Virus record (IMG/VR): IMGVR_UViG_3300005530_000004
Location: 1-64,000 of that record
DNA: 64,000 nucleotides
Direction: 5' to 3' (one strand)
Source: a virus
Shown: piece by piece, positions 47,948 through 56,619 of the stretch
Layout of the letters: each line of letters starts with the position of its first letter
How positions within the stretch are numbered: position 1 is the stretch's first letter
The notes under the pieces: generated by a model
Databases searched by the model: none
The model's input: the letters and a program-made list of their open reading frames with translations, nothing else
What the model was told of the DNA's origin: nothing
Translations under genes and position numbers: made by a program

Positions 47948-47982
47948 ACCCCTACGAAACAATTGTTTCGTAGGGGTTTTTT
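47948..47982 (+). terminator. intrinsic terminator
   Basis: ACCCCTACGAAAC-AATT-GTTTCGTAGGGGT followed by a T tract. Confidence 0.85.
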
Positions 47983-48002
47983 CGTGCGCTGAAATAATAC
48001 TT

Positions 48003-48108
48003 GCGTCGTCCAGGGAGCGAGCCAGCGTCGTCCAGGGAGCGAGCCAGCGTCGTCCAGGGAGCGAGCCAGCGTCGTCCAGGGAGCGAGCCAGCGTCGTCCA
48101 GGGAGCGA
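48003..48108 (+). repeat. 22-bp tandem repeat x4.8 (GCGTCGTCCAGGGAGCGAGCCA)
   Basis: perfect copies at 48003, 48025, 48047 and 48069; partial copy at 48091. Confidence 0.95.
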
Positions 48109-48122
48109 ATCCTAACAGCAGC

Positions 48123-48151
48123 TTGACGCGCTGCCGCGCTGTAGTTACACT
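48123..48151 (+). promoter_or_regulatory. sigma70 promoter
   Basis: TTGACG-17-TACACT. Confidence 0.7.
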
Positions 48152-48193
48152 GGCCGCACCGGGGCAATAGGCGCACCATGCGTCAAATAAAAA

Positions 48194-48252
48194 TATTTAT
48201 TTTCTCATTTAGCGGCGAGAAAAATAGATACAGTGAACAATAAAATGCCGCT
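48194..48252 (+). promoter_or_regulatory. H-type RNA pseudoknot in leader (second copy of the architecture)
   Basis: S1 TTTTCTC/GAGAAAA (extendable), S2 AGCGGC/GCCGCT. Confidence 0.6.
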
Positions 48253-48473
48253 TTTTCCACTGCACACTTCTACTCCTCTTTTTTGGAGAAAATATAATCA
48301 AGCAATAATCCGACAATCCGACAATCCGACAATTCGACAATTATTTTTTTCTCTGAACAATAAAACATGCTGTAACATTGGAGTTGCTGCAAGCCGATCG
48401 GATCGACCAAAATAAATCATTCACGCAAATAATTCCTACGTAGGAATTAAAAATTGAAGGGATACAAAAGACA

Positions 48474-48920
48474 ATGGAAATTACAGTAGAAAAAATTGCC
48501 AATTTACTCTTAAATCCAGAAAATCGTGATAAGATGCGAGAAACGAAAAATAGGGCTTGTGTAGAAATAGAAGAAGCCGCTAAGCAAATAGCTTTCCAGC
48601 GTAAAAAAATCGACGATGGTTTGATGCGACTCGCAGCCGCGAAAACGGACAAGGAAAATCCTAAGCATATCGAATCATATATAAAAAGCTTCAAGGAACG
48701 TCTTGAACGTGCTAAAAAAGAAATTGCAGAATGTCAAAAGCAAATTGAGATTCTGCAAGCTAGACTACCATCGGAAGCGCGGGCCGCTAAGGTAGAAAGT
48801 ATCGAGCAAGAGCTAAAGCAATATGAAAGCAATGTTAATGCGCTGATTTCGCAAAAGGGAGAATGGACTAGGTTGCGAGATTTAATTTCGCAAGCCGAAG
48901 AATTAAGAAAATTGTCTTGA
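48474..48920 (+). CDS. coiled-coil hypothetical protein
   Basis: ORF; heptad pattern. Confidence 0.75.
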   Translation: MEITVEKIANLLLNPENRDKMRETKNRACVEIEEAAKQIAFQRKKIDDGLMRLAAAKTDKENPKHIESYIKSFKERLERAKKEIAECQKQIEILQARLPSEARAAKVESIEQELKQYESNVNALISQKGEWTRLRDLISQAEELRKLS

Positions 48921-49073
48921 ATATCTTGAAAACAGAAACAAAAACAAAATTCGAGAACCCGACATAATTCCGTACAGTAGTGTACAAAATTGGTACGGAA
49001 TTTTGCCGCGTTTTCTGTCGAGTGGTATCGACGGCGCAGCACAATAAAACTTGTTTTGAAGAAAAGGAAGAAG

Positions 49074-49241
49074 ATGACATACAATCAATTACTAGATTGC
49101 ATTGAAGCAATGACATTAGAGCAAAGAGAGTGTGATGTTACAGTAGAAATAGACGATGAATGCTATCCAGCTACACTATATATTTCTGACGATAACCACG
49201 ACTCTTTAGAAAAGGATCACCCTGTTTTGAAAGCAATGTAA
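49074..49241 (+). CDS. small hypothetical phage protein
   Basis: AAGGA RBS; MTYNQLL..LEQ..CDVTV..HPVL. Confidence 0.7.
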   Translation: MTYNQLLDCIEAMTLEQRECDVTVEIDDECYPATLYISDDNHDSLEKDHPVLKAM

Positions 49242-49243
49242 AT

Positions 49244-49296
49244 AACAGCCATGTTTCCGCCGCAACATAAATGTTGCGGCGGTGGCGTAGGTTGTT
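49244..49296 (+). repeat. conserved intergenic hairpin element, copy 1
   Basis: AACAGCCATGTTTCCG-[stem]-CGGTGGCGTAGGTTGTT. Confidence 0.9.
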
Positions 49297-49374
49297 TGCT
49301 ATTTATGTTGTACTAGCAAGCCTACAATTCCGGCAAGTTGGAATTAAAAGAATACTTGCAATGAATCTTTTCCA

Positions 49375-49845
49375 ATGAGGGAAGTTGTGATGATCGCAAC
49401 AAAAAAGACGAATGGACGTTTCTCACGTTTCTCGGAACAGGATGCAAATGATCTAGCAACGAATCTTGCTAAATCTCTTTCGCATCAATTCTCTTTCCGC
49501 GAAAGCAAAGCTCTCGAAAAGAGAGTTGCAGCGTCTCCAGAGACGACAACAAAAAAGCTTCGATCTGGAAGCAAACTCTTTCAAATGCGGACAATTCTTT
49601 CGTCCGCCAAACGCGATAAATCTTTTCGCGTGAATCTGCAAGCCACAGAGCTTGCAGTAAAACTGTTCTCTCGCATGTTTTCTCGAAAACTTTGGCGAGA
49701 GAATATTGTTTATTCTCGTCGCGCCTGGTTGAACGGTTTTCCGGTCAACTATGACCAGCAAGATTTAATGCTGATTTGTCGTCGCGTTGCGAGAAGAATT
49801 GCGAGAAGAGTTGCTTCTAGCAATTGCTATGAAAATAGCAAATAG
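49375..49845 (+). CDS. basic hypothetical protein
   Basis: ORF; Arg/Lys-rich. Confidence 0.65.
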   Translation: MREVVMIATKKTNGRFSRFSEQDANDLATNLAKSLSHQFSFRESKALEKRVAASPETTTKKLRSGSKLFQMRTILSSAKRDKSFRVNLQATELAVKLFSRMFSRKLWRENIVYSRRAWLNGFPVNYDQQDLMLICRRVARRIARRVASSNCYENSK

Positions 49846-49855
49846 CTGATTCTGC

Positions 49856-49919
49856 AGACAGTCATGTCTCCGTGCTGTTATTTAACAGATAAATAACAGC
49901 ACGGTGCCGTAGATTGTTT
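49856..49919 (+). repeat. conserved intergenic hairpin element, copy 2
   Basis: AGACAGTCATGTCTCCG-[stem]-CGGTGCCGTAGATTGTTT. Confidence 0.9.
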
Positions 49920-49961
49920 TCTAGTTTCTGACACAATAAATTGAAGAAGGAGAGAAAGAAA

Positions 49962-50720
49962 ATGCAATTCGACAATGAAAAATTAAAAAAGATTATTGAG
50001 AAGCATCGAAAATATTATCTTAATGAAGAAGGTGGAGAACGTGCAGATTTGTCCGGTGCAAATTTGTTTGGTGCAGATTTGTCACGTGCAAATTTGTCCG
50101 GTGCAGATTTGTCCGGTGCAAATTTGTCGCGTGCAAATTTGTTTGGTGCAAATTTGTTTGGTGCAGATTTGTTTGGTGCAAATTTGTCTGGTGCAGATTT
50201 GTCGCGCGCAAATTTGTCTGATGCAAATTTGTCGCGTGCAATTTTGTCCGGTGCAAATTTGTCGCGTGCAAATTTGTTTGGTGCAAATTTGTCCGGTGCA
50301 GATTTGTCGCGTGCAAATTTGTTTGGTGCAAATTTGTCCGGTGCAGATTTGTTTGGTGCAAATTTGTTTGGTGCAAATTTGTTTGGTGCAGATTTGTCCG
50401 GTGCAAATTTGTTTGGTGCAAACTTATCCAGTGCAAAATTAAATGAAGAAACCAATATTACAGGAGAGTCTTGGAAGGAATATTTAGAAAAAGTTGTTCC
50501 GGCTTTACTGACAGCTGGCGGAAAAACAATCCAAGAAATTGTAGAATCTGGCTGTTGGAATTGCCATGAATGGCAAAATTGTCCAATGCACATCGCATTT
50601 GGAATTAATAATAAAGAGGACGGGCCAATTTTATTAAGGCCTAGGATCAAACAATTTATTCAATTATTTGATTTTAATTTGATCCCATGTCCGGTTGTTC
50701 CATTTACTTCTGTTAATTAA
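49962..50720 (+). CDS. pentapeptide repeat protein
   Basis: ~28 A(D/N)L(S/F)(G/R) repeats; Cys/His C-terminal domain. Confidence 0.92.
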   Translation: MQFDNEKLKKIIEKHRKYYLNEEGGERADLSGANLFGADLSRANLSGADLSGANLSRANLFGANLFGADLFGANLSGADLSRANLSDANLSRAILSGANLSRANLFGANLSGADLSRANLFGANLSGADLFGANLFGANLFGADLSGANLFGANLSSAKLNEETNITGESWKEYLEKVVPALLTAGGKTIQEIVESGCWNCHEWQNCPMHIAFGINNKEDGPILLRPRIKQFIQLFDFNLIPCPVVPFTSVN

Positions 50721-50721
50721 C

Positions 50722-50782
50722 AAACAATCATGTTTCCGCGCCACGATATTTTTATATCGTGGCGCGATGACGTAGATTGTTT
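50722..50782 (+). repeat. conserved intergenic hairpin element, copy 3
   Basis: AAACAATCATGTTTCCG-[stem]-CGATGACGTAGATTGTTT. Confidence 0.9.
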
Positions 50783-50844
50783 TCTGGTTCTAGTTTCTAG
50801 TGGTTTCTGATTTCTGGCACAATAAAAGAAATGGAGATTGACAA

Positions 50845-51081
50845 ATGAAAGAAAAGATTGAATGTTTACTTCCGGATGATGGAAAAACTTGCGTCCGGCT
50901 ACGCGGAAAGAATGGTAACTTTGTTACCATTTTGCCTTGTGGAACCGACGTAAATGGAAATGTTACAAATGTCGATTTGTGCAAACCGAATGGAGAAGTG
51001 TTGTATTGTGGAGTAGATATTGAACTGGTCAATATCTTTTGTGAAGAACTCGGATTGGAAAGAATCTTGCAGGAGAAGTGA
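50845..51081 (+). CDS. hypothetical protein
   Basis: GGAG RBS. Confidence 0.65.
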   Translation: MKEKIECLLPDDGKTCVRLRGKNGNFVTILPCGTDVNGNVTNVDLCKPNGEVLYCGVDIELVNIFCEELGLERILQEK

Positions 51082-51086
51082 AATAA

Positions 51087-51788
51087 ATGAATCGCGATGA
51101 ATTGCTTGACACAATAAAAAGATTGCTTGCGCTTTCTAGCTCATCAAATGAGAATGAAAGCGCTTCGGCGCTTGCGCGAGCAAATAAATTGATGATGGAA
51201 CATAATATTTCCATGTTTGATGTTAATAATGAAACATCAACATCAAATTATGATGAAATAGATGTTTATACCGCCGGGCGAGCATCATCAAAAGATCCGT
51301 ATTTGTGCAGTATTCTGCAAGATTACTTCTTTGTGAAAGCGATTTATATTCCATCCGACGGTTATCAACGAAAAACCACGTTGAAATTTTTCGGTGATAA
51401 AGTAAATATTCAAATTGCTGTATATGTCTATAAAGTATTGGATATACTTTTTAGTGTTTACGCAGATGTAAACAAGATTCAAGTAAAACATCGGCGAGCA
51501 TATTATCAAGGATTATGCCACGGATTTAAGCGAAAACTTAAAGAAGAACGTGATGCAATGAATAGAAACATTGCAAGTAGTGGAACAGCACTTGTCTTAA
51601 TTGATAAGGCGCTTGTCAAAGCATATAATAACAGATTTCCGACCACTAAAACAAAATCTGTTTCTAAAATGACAATGAATGACCGTGCTTACAATCAAGG
51701 AATTGTTGACGCAAAAGAAATAAACTTGCGTCAAGGTATAGAAGGTACAAAAGGCACCACACAACCAAAGATTCAAGATTGGAGTTGA
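51087..51788 (+). CDS. DUF2786-family protein
   Basis: TIKRLLALSSSSNENESASALARANKLMMEHNI; AYYQG; AYNQG. Confidence 0.85.
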   Translation: MNRDELLDTIKRLLALSSSSNENESASALARANKLMMEHNISMFDVNNETSTSNYDEIDVYTAGRASSKDPYLCSILQDYFFVKAIYIPSDGYQRKTTLKFFGDKVNIQIAVYVYKVLDILFSVYADVNKIQVKHRRAYYQGLCHGFKRKLKEERDAMNRNIASSGTALVLIDKALVKAYNNRFPTTKTKSVSKMTMNDRAYNQGIVDAKEINLRQGIEGTKGTTQPKIQDWS

Positions 51789-51790
51789 TA

Positions 51791-51847
51791 AAACAATCAT
51801 GTCTCCGCCGTGCAGAATATTCTGCACGGCGACGGCGTAGGTTGTTT
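51791..51847 (+). repeat. conserved intergenic hairpin element, copy 4
   Basis: AAACAATCATGTCTCCG-[stem]-CGACGGCGTAGGTTGTTT. Confidence 0.9.
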
Positions 51848-51880
51848 CTGGTTTCTGACACAATAAATGTAAGGGAGAAG

Positions 51881-52096
51881 ATGGTTATGTCTAATTCAAT
51901 TCATTATTTCGGAATAACAATTAACAGAGAGGGTGATATAGTAGTAGATGATATTACTATATTTAGTCATATAAGAGAAACAGCAAAATATTTAGGGTAT
52001 CGAACACAAGATATACACCGAGATTCTCGTCTCCCTCAACTTGTAATTCTAATTGGCAATCAAAAAGATGCGATCGCCTTTATTGAATTGATATAG
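51881..52096 (+). CDS. hypothetical protein
   Basis: AAGGGAG RBS before ATG 51881. Confidence 0.6.
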   Translation: MVMSNSIHYFGITINREGDIVVDDITIFSHIRETAKYLGYRTQDIHRDSRLPQLVILIGNQKDAIAFIELI

Positions 52097-52174
52097 GGGT
52101 GTAGAATTTCGCGGATTATGGCTAAAAAGATATTGCGTTATAGTTTCTGGTTTCTGATACAATAAATTGGAGAA

Positions 52175-52411
52175 GTGAAACAAATGGAAGAAAAAGAAAA
52201 ATCAAGATTAGCAATTGGATTCAATTGTGAACAAAATTACACTCGTTCAATTTGGACTTTCAGCACTGATCCACAAGAAGTTGCTAATCAATTTTCTATT
52301 GATGGTAATTCTACCACGTTAGATCAAATTCTACTTGTTTCTAATTCACAAGACAAAAATAATGGACCGATTGTAGTTAAGCATTGGAATCTCGACAAGG
52401 ACTATAAATAA
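52175..52411 (+). CDS. hypothetical protein
   Basis: GGAG RBS. Confidence 0.6.
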   Translation: MKQMEEKEKSRLAIGFNCEQNYTRSIWTFSTDPQEVANQFSIDGNSTTLDQILLVSNSQDKNNGPIVVKHWNLDKDYK

Positions 52412-52866
52412 TGGCAATTAAAACCCCATATTTAATTCAAAGATGCACAATACAGAAATTTAGTGGTAATCAAAAAGTTAGTGAATTTTTACAGTTTGAT
52501 TACATGGGGTCGGCTGAATTTGAATTTGGTGCATTACCTAAATGTCTTCGAGAAATATTTTCTATTAAAAATGACTTAAAAATCTTTAGAGTATTATATC
52601 TTAAAGATCTATATGTTCTTTGCACCGAGAGTAATATAAGAGAAATTGAAGTTTATTTATCAAGATTATGTGGATTAGGAGATATCCTAATCTTAAAAGA
52701 GCCAATCAGTATAGAAAAACTATTAAAAAAAGAAAAACCATATAGACGAGATAATTTTTGGATTGATATTGAAAATTATTTTTGTTTCTCTTTTGATAAA
52801 AAAGCTCTGCAAAATTTTAGAATTGCATTAGACAATTCCATTTCTTATATGGATAAGAATAAGTAG
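52411..52866 (+). CDS. conserved hypothetical phage protein
   Basis: YLIQR..FDYMGSAEFEFGALPK..FWIDIEN. Confidence 0.8.
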   Translation: MAIKTPYLIQRCTIQKFSGNQKVSEFLQFDYMGSAEFEFGALPKCLREIFSIKNDLKIFRVLYLKDLYVLCTESNIREIEVYLSRLCGLGDILILKEPISIEKLLKKEKPYRRDNFWIDIENYFCFSFDKKALQNFRIALDNSISYMDKNK

Positions 52867-52871
52867 ACAAC

Positions 52872-53225
52872 ATGCACATTCGCGCTGTAATTGGCGGAAG
52901 ATATACTAATGTTGTTTTCGATATTCCTGTTCCCATTGTAGATTGGCTATGGGAAGACTTACGCGAGAAGATGTTGCAGAAAAGACGAATAAATGAAGAT
53001 GCAATAAAACTAAAATTGGCAAGAGAAACATATGAAAAAGCTGCAAAGCTGCAAGCTGAAATTGCTGCCGATTGTGCAGTAAAGTTTGCAGAGTATTCAG
53101 AAATTGATTCTGGATTGAAAGAAGCAGAAAAAGCGATGGGCGGAAGAGGAAAAAAACCGCGAGTGCGGTCGAGAAAAACTAATTACAAAAAGAAGTCAAT
53201 GTATAAATTGAACGGAGAGAATTGA
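52872..53225 (+). CDS. hypothetical protein
   Basis: ORF. Confidence 0.6.
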   Translation: MHIRAVIGGRYTNVVFDIPVPIVDWLWEDLREKMLQKRRINEDAIKLKLARETYEKAAKLQAEIAADCAVKFAEYSEIDSGLKEAEKAMGGRGKKPRVRSRKTNYKKKSMYKLNGEN

Positions 53226-53226
53226 G

Positions 53227-53427
53227 ATGTCTAAGATGATACTAACTGAATCAGACTTGAAATTACTTGAAAAATACAATGTTACACTTGATGGCGCAAT
53301 AACTGAAGCCCCAGCACATTTTCAAAATAGTGATGCAGCGCTCGCTGGATATTGGTATGCAATGTACAAACAACTCAAAAAAGAGTTTGATTATTACAAA
53401 AAGTTAATTGAAGATGGTAGAAAATAG
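53227..53427 (+). CDS. hypothetical protein
   Basis: GGAG RBS. Confidence 0.6.
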   Translation: MSKMILTESDLKLLEKYNVTLDGAITEAPAHFQNSDAALAGYWYAMYKQLKKEFDYYKKLIEDGRK

Positions 53428-53462
53428 TCGATGATTTGAAATAACAATAAACAAATTTAATT

Positions 53463-53512
53463 TAATTCCCTAGATAATTATTATCTAGGGAATTATTTTT
53501 ATTTTTATTTTT
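53463..53512 (+). terminator. intrinsic terminator ending the early unit
   Basis: TAATTCCCTAGATAAT/ATTATCTAGGGAATTA followed by T tracts. Confidence 0.8.
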
Positions 53513-53557
53513 GGACTAGTGTACAAGAAATTTTGCCGCTTTTGAAGGTGTGGAACG

Positions 53558-53881
53558 ATGGTCATTTATAGTGAGGGTTTAACGATGGTCGTTTGGAAAT
53601 ATGATATTTTATTAAAGTCTGGAATTCAAAAGATAAGGATGCCTAAAGGTGCAAAAGTATTAACAGCACAAGTGCAAAGAGAAAATGATGGTTATGACGA
53701 TATTAAAATCTGGTGCTTAATTGATAATGGACAAGCAGAATTAGAATTAGTAGATCGACATTTTATTTTACGTGGAACTGGTCATTCATTCGCAGTTTCA
53801 AATAGTTATCCATTAAATTATATTGGAACAGTGCAAATTGATTATAGTGTTTGGCATATATTTGAAATTATAGGGGTGTGA
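53558..53881 (+). CDS. conserved hypothetical phage protein
   Basis: VWKY..MPKGAKVL..IW..GTGH..YIGTVQ..VWHIFE. Confidence 0.8.
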   Translation: MVIYSEGLTMVVWKYDILLKSGIQKIRMPKGAKVLTAQVQRENDGYDDIKIWCLIDNGQAELELVDRHFILRGTGHSFAVSNSYPLNYIGTVQIDYSVWHIFEIIGV

Positions 53882-54912
53882 GGAATATCAGCAGGAATAT
53901 CAATATGAAAATTAAATCAGAAATATGGGATGGCATTACACCATCTTTATATGCACACCTAAAAATAGACGGTGCATTTTTAAGGATAAAAAAGGATGAA
54001 CAAGGTGAGATTAAATGTTTATCCAGTATTGACACAGATTTAACTACGGCGATTACTAACTGCAAGCCTAGGTGGTTAGTTAATTTATACAAGAATATGC
54101 CGTTCAATTCTTGTATACTAGGCGAATTATTTTACTATGATACAGTAAATAGAAAAGGGCTTCCTGCAAGCTATATAAAGACCGGCTTAGCAAACGGTGA
54201 AAATTATTATGATGAAAACTCAACAGATATAACAGTAAGTAAGAAGTTAATGAAGGGGCAAGGACAACAGCAACAGGAACAGCAACAATATCAATTATGT
54301 TTCAGTGGATTTGCAATTGAATATGGATTTCCTGGAATAGATCACAATAGTGAATTAGACCAAGTAGAAATTAAATTAATGGCTCTAGGAATAGATGTTC
54401 CGCCAGCAATATCATTTAGATATAGTGAAGAATTTCCTAGCAAAGAAGAATTACTTGATAAGTATCTACAGAGAGATTATTTCAAAAATCGAACAAAATT
54501 TGATTATTCTACTCTTGCAGAAGGGTGGATGCTTAAAAGTGGTAATTTGACTGGTTGGAAAAAAGTTAAAAAAGAAAATACAATAGATTGTTTCATTGCT
54601 GGTTATATTCCAGGAAAAGGAAAATATTATGGAAAAGTAGGCAGCTTAATTTGTTGTGTATATAATGCCGCTGGTGCAGCTATGCAAATAGCTACGGCTG
54701 GTGGATTTAATGATGAGATAAGGGACTGGTTGACAGAACAATTTAAGAGCAATAAAGACGAATTGATTGGACAAGTAATAGAAATTCAATATCAATTTGT
54801 TGCAACGCAAGGTAGGTTGCGACACCCAAGATTTAAAAATTGGCGAGATGATAAGCTTGCAGAAGAATGCTTAACTTCGCAAGATGAAGAATTGGTCAAA
54901 TATTGGGGGTGA
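53878..54912 (+). CDS. ATP-dependent DNA ligase
   Basis: LKIDG, LGEL, EGWMLK, WKKVK, GKGKYYGKVGSL, LRHPRF..RDDK. Confidence 0.9.
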   Translation: MRNISRNINMKIKSEIWDGITPSLYAHLKIDGAFLRIKKDEQGEIKCLSSIDTDLTTAITNCKPRWLVNLYKNMPFNSCILGELFYYDTVNRKGLPASYIKTGLANGENYYDENSTDITVSKKLMKGQGQQQQEQQQYQLCFSGFAIEYGFPGIDHNSELDQVEIKLMALGIDVPPAISFRYSEEFPSKEELLDKYLQRDYFKNRTKFDYSTLAEGWMLKSGNLTGWKKVKKENTIDCFIAGYIPGKGKYYGKVGSLICCVYNAAGAAMQIATAGGFNDEIRDWLTEQFKSNKDELIGQVIEIQYQFVATQGRLRHPRFKNWRDDKLAEECLTSQDEELVKYWG

Positions 54913-54931
54913 TGAGGATAATGGAGATAAA

Positions 54932-55255
54932 ATGAACAGCAACAACAACATTATTGTTAAACATTGGCTAAACAATAAATTTGCATGTCTTGAAGACGGT
55001 GGATATTGTGGACATGATATTCAAAACAATATTGATATTTATGTATTTAAAATTATCGGTGTAAAGATACAATCCAGTTTCAAAGAATCTAACATCTACA
55101 TTCGTGGAGAACATACTTGTTGGTTTAATATAAATGGATGTTTGATTTATGCAGATGAGGATGAGCTGCAAGATTATGTTGAGATTCGTGCTAGAGAAAA
55201 ATTGCTGAAAACAGAAACGTATATTATCAATATAAATCCAAGTCAAGAATTTTAA
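54932..55255 (+). CDS. hypothetical protein
   Basis: GGAG RBS before ATG 54932. Confidence 0.55.
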   Translation: MNSNNNIIVKHWLNNKFACLEDGGYCGHDIQNNIDIYVFKIIGVKIQSSFKESNIYIRGEHTCWFNINGCLIYADEDELQDYVEIRAREKLLKTETYIININPSQEF

Positions 55256-55265
55256 GGAATAAAAC

Positions 55266-55742
55266 ATGCTTCAATGGATACTTAGAACAATTATTTGTGG
55301 AGAATTTGAAAAGAAGTTTAGAGGGCCGGAAAACAATACAGTAAATAATACTGCAATGCTAATGATTTTTGACAGCGATCCCAAGCCAAGATTTCAATTA
55401 AAAGAAGTTCACCACCATACAGATTTGTTAATATATCAAGAACCGAATTCCAGATTCGTTGCAGTATATGAAAGAGATTGGTGGACGCCTTATTACGGTA
55501 AAGGTGAAAAGTTTAGTGGAGTGACAGAATATAAATGTGTAGCTTACCATGATTCTTGTTGGAGAGAAGACGGTGTTGGAAGATTTATTCTGTTTAATTC
55601 AGAAAAATTAACAGGCTTAAATTATGTTAATATGCTCAGTGGAATGGGTGGAAACGGATGGTACAAAACTATTATAATTGATCAAGCAATGAGGAAAAAC
55701 TTAAGGAACATAAGGAATTTGAAGTATGACTTCTCGAATTAG
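55266..55742 (+). CDS. hypothetical protein
   Basis: AAGGA RBS. Confidence 0.6.
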   Translation: MLQWILRTIICGEFEKKFRGPENNTVNNTAMLMIFDSDPKPRFQLKEVHHHTDLLIYQEPNSRFVAVYERDWWTPYYGKGEKFSGVTEYKCVAYHDSCWREDGVGRFILFNSEKLTGLNYVNMLSGMGGNGWYKTIIIDQAMRKNLRNIRNLKYDFSN

Positions 55743-56619
55743 TTCACCCGTCAAATATTTTGGTGGAAAATATTATATTGCAAAAGATATTGTTAGATTG
55801 TTTCCAAGCAAGAGTACATACCTTAATTATGTAGAACCTTATTGTGGCGGAGCAAGTGTATTCTTTGCTGCAAGCGATTTACACGTTGGGCGATGTAGTG
55901 AAGTATTAAATGATAAGTATGAAACATTGATAAATTTCTTTAAAGTATTACAAGATAAGTTTTTATTTGAAGAATTTCACAGAATAATTAGCTTGCAGCC
56001 GTTTGCAGAACAATCATTTGAAGAGTGGTGGACACACTTAGAAAATCTACTAGACATTAATAAATCACTAACTTTAACATCTCAATACCATGAAGGAAAT
56101 ATGCTTGATGAAGCTATTGCATTTTTTATTGTAAATAGAATGTCTTGGGCTGGCAGAATGACAGATTTTGCCGCTATAACTAAGAAAAGATTACGCGGCG
56201 GAAAGAATGAACAAGTTAATGCGTGGCTAGGTGCAATAGATAAATTACCTGAAATCGCAATGCGCTTACAACATGCTTTAATATTAAACCGTGATGCTCT
56301 GCAAGTAATCAATAACTTCAATGATCCAAAAACTTTATTTTATCTTGATCCGCCATATTTATTGGGCGATACTGGAGTACGAACTAATAAAGATGGTGGA
56401 GAATATAAACATGAAATGACTTATGAACAACATGAAGCAATGTTAAGTATAATTTCTTTAGATAGTTTCAAGGCTAAGTTTTTGCTTAGCTGTTATGATA
56501 ATAAACTGTATAATGATTATGCGCATGATTACCGATGGAAAAGACATGAAATAAAGTGCGTGGAAAGATCGAGCGGTGCCGCAAACGAAAGAATCGAGGT
56601 GGTTTATGCAAACTACTGA
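55726..56619 (+). CDS. DNA adenine methyltransferase (D12/Dam class)
   Basis: YFGGKY, YVEPYCGGASV, EVLND, FYLDPPY. Confidence 0.95.
   Translation: MTSRISSPVKYFGGKYYIAKDIVRLFPSKSTYLNYVEPYCGGASVFFAASDLHVGRCSEVLNDKYETLINFFKVLQDKFLFEEFHRIISLQPFAEQSFEEWWTHLENLLDINKSLTLTSQYHEGNMLDEAIAFFIVNRMSWAGRMTDFAAITKKRLRGGKNEQVNAWLGAIDKLPEIAMRLQHALILNRDALQVINNFNDPKTLFYLDPPYLLGDTGVRTNKDGGEYKHEMTYEQHEAMLSIISLDSFKAKFLLSCYDNKLYNDYAHDYRWKRHEIKCVERSSGAANERIEVVYANY

Noticed and set aside
48003-48108. CRISPR array
   Set aside because: The repeats are contiguous with no spacers, and there are no cas genes.
47120-48179. Overlapping ORFs 47120, 47206, 47223, 47469, 47910 and 47952
   Set aside because: Stop-poor GC-rich and repeat sequence with no RBS; they overlap the real gene, terminator and promoter.
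47149-48252. preQ1, SAM-II or SAM-V riboswitch
   Set aside because: The H-type fold and A-rich L3 are similar, but I could not find the conserved ligand-binding nucleotides of those classes.
48991-49006. Sigma-54 promoter TGGTACG...TTGC
   Set aside because: GG-to-GC spacing is 11 rather than the required 10.
49996-50650. Alternative-frame repeat ORFs (VQICP, DKFAP, TNLH)
   Set aside because: These are shadows of the pentapeptide repeat gene.
49244-51847. Integron attC sites
   Set aside because: AAC...GTT ends and a variable terminal stem are suggestive. However, the boxes do not fit RYYYAAC/GTTRRRY, conserved G.U pairs favour a sense RNA, and no tyrosine integrase is present in the window.
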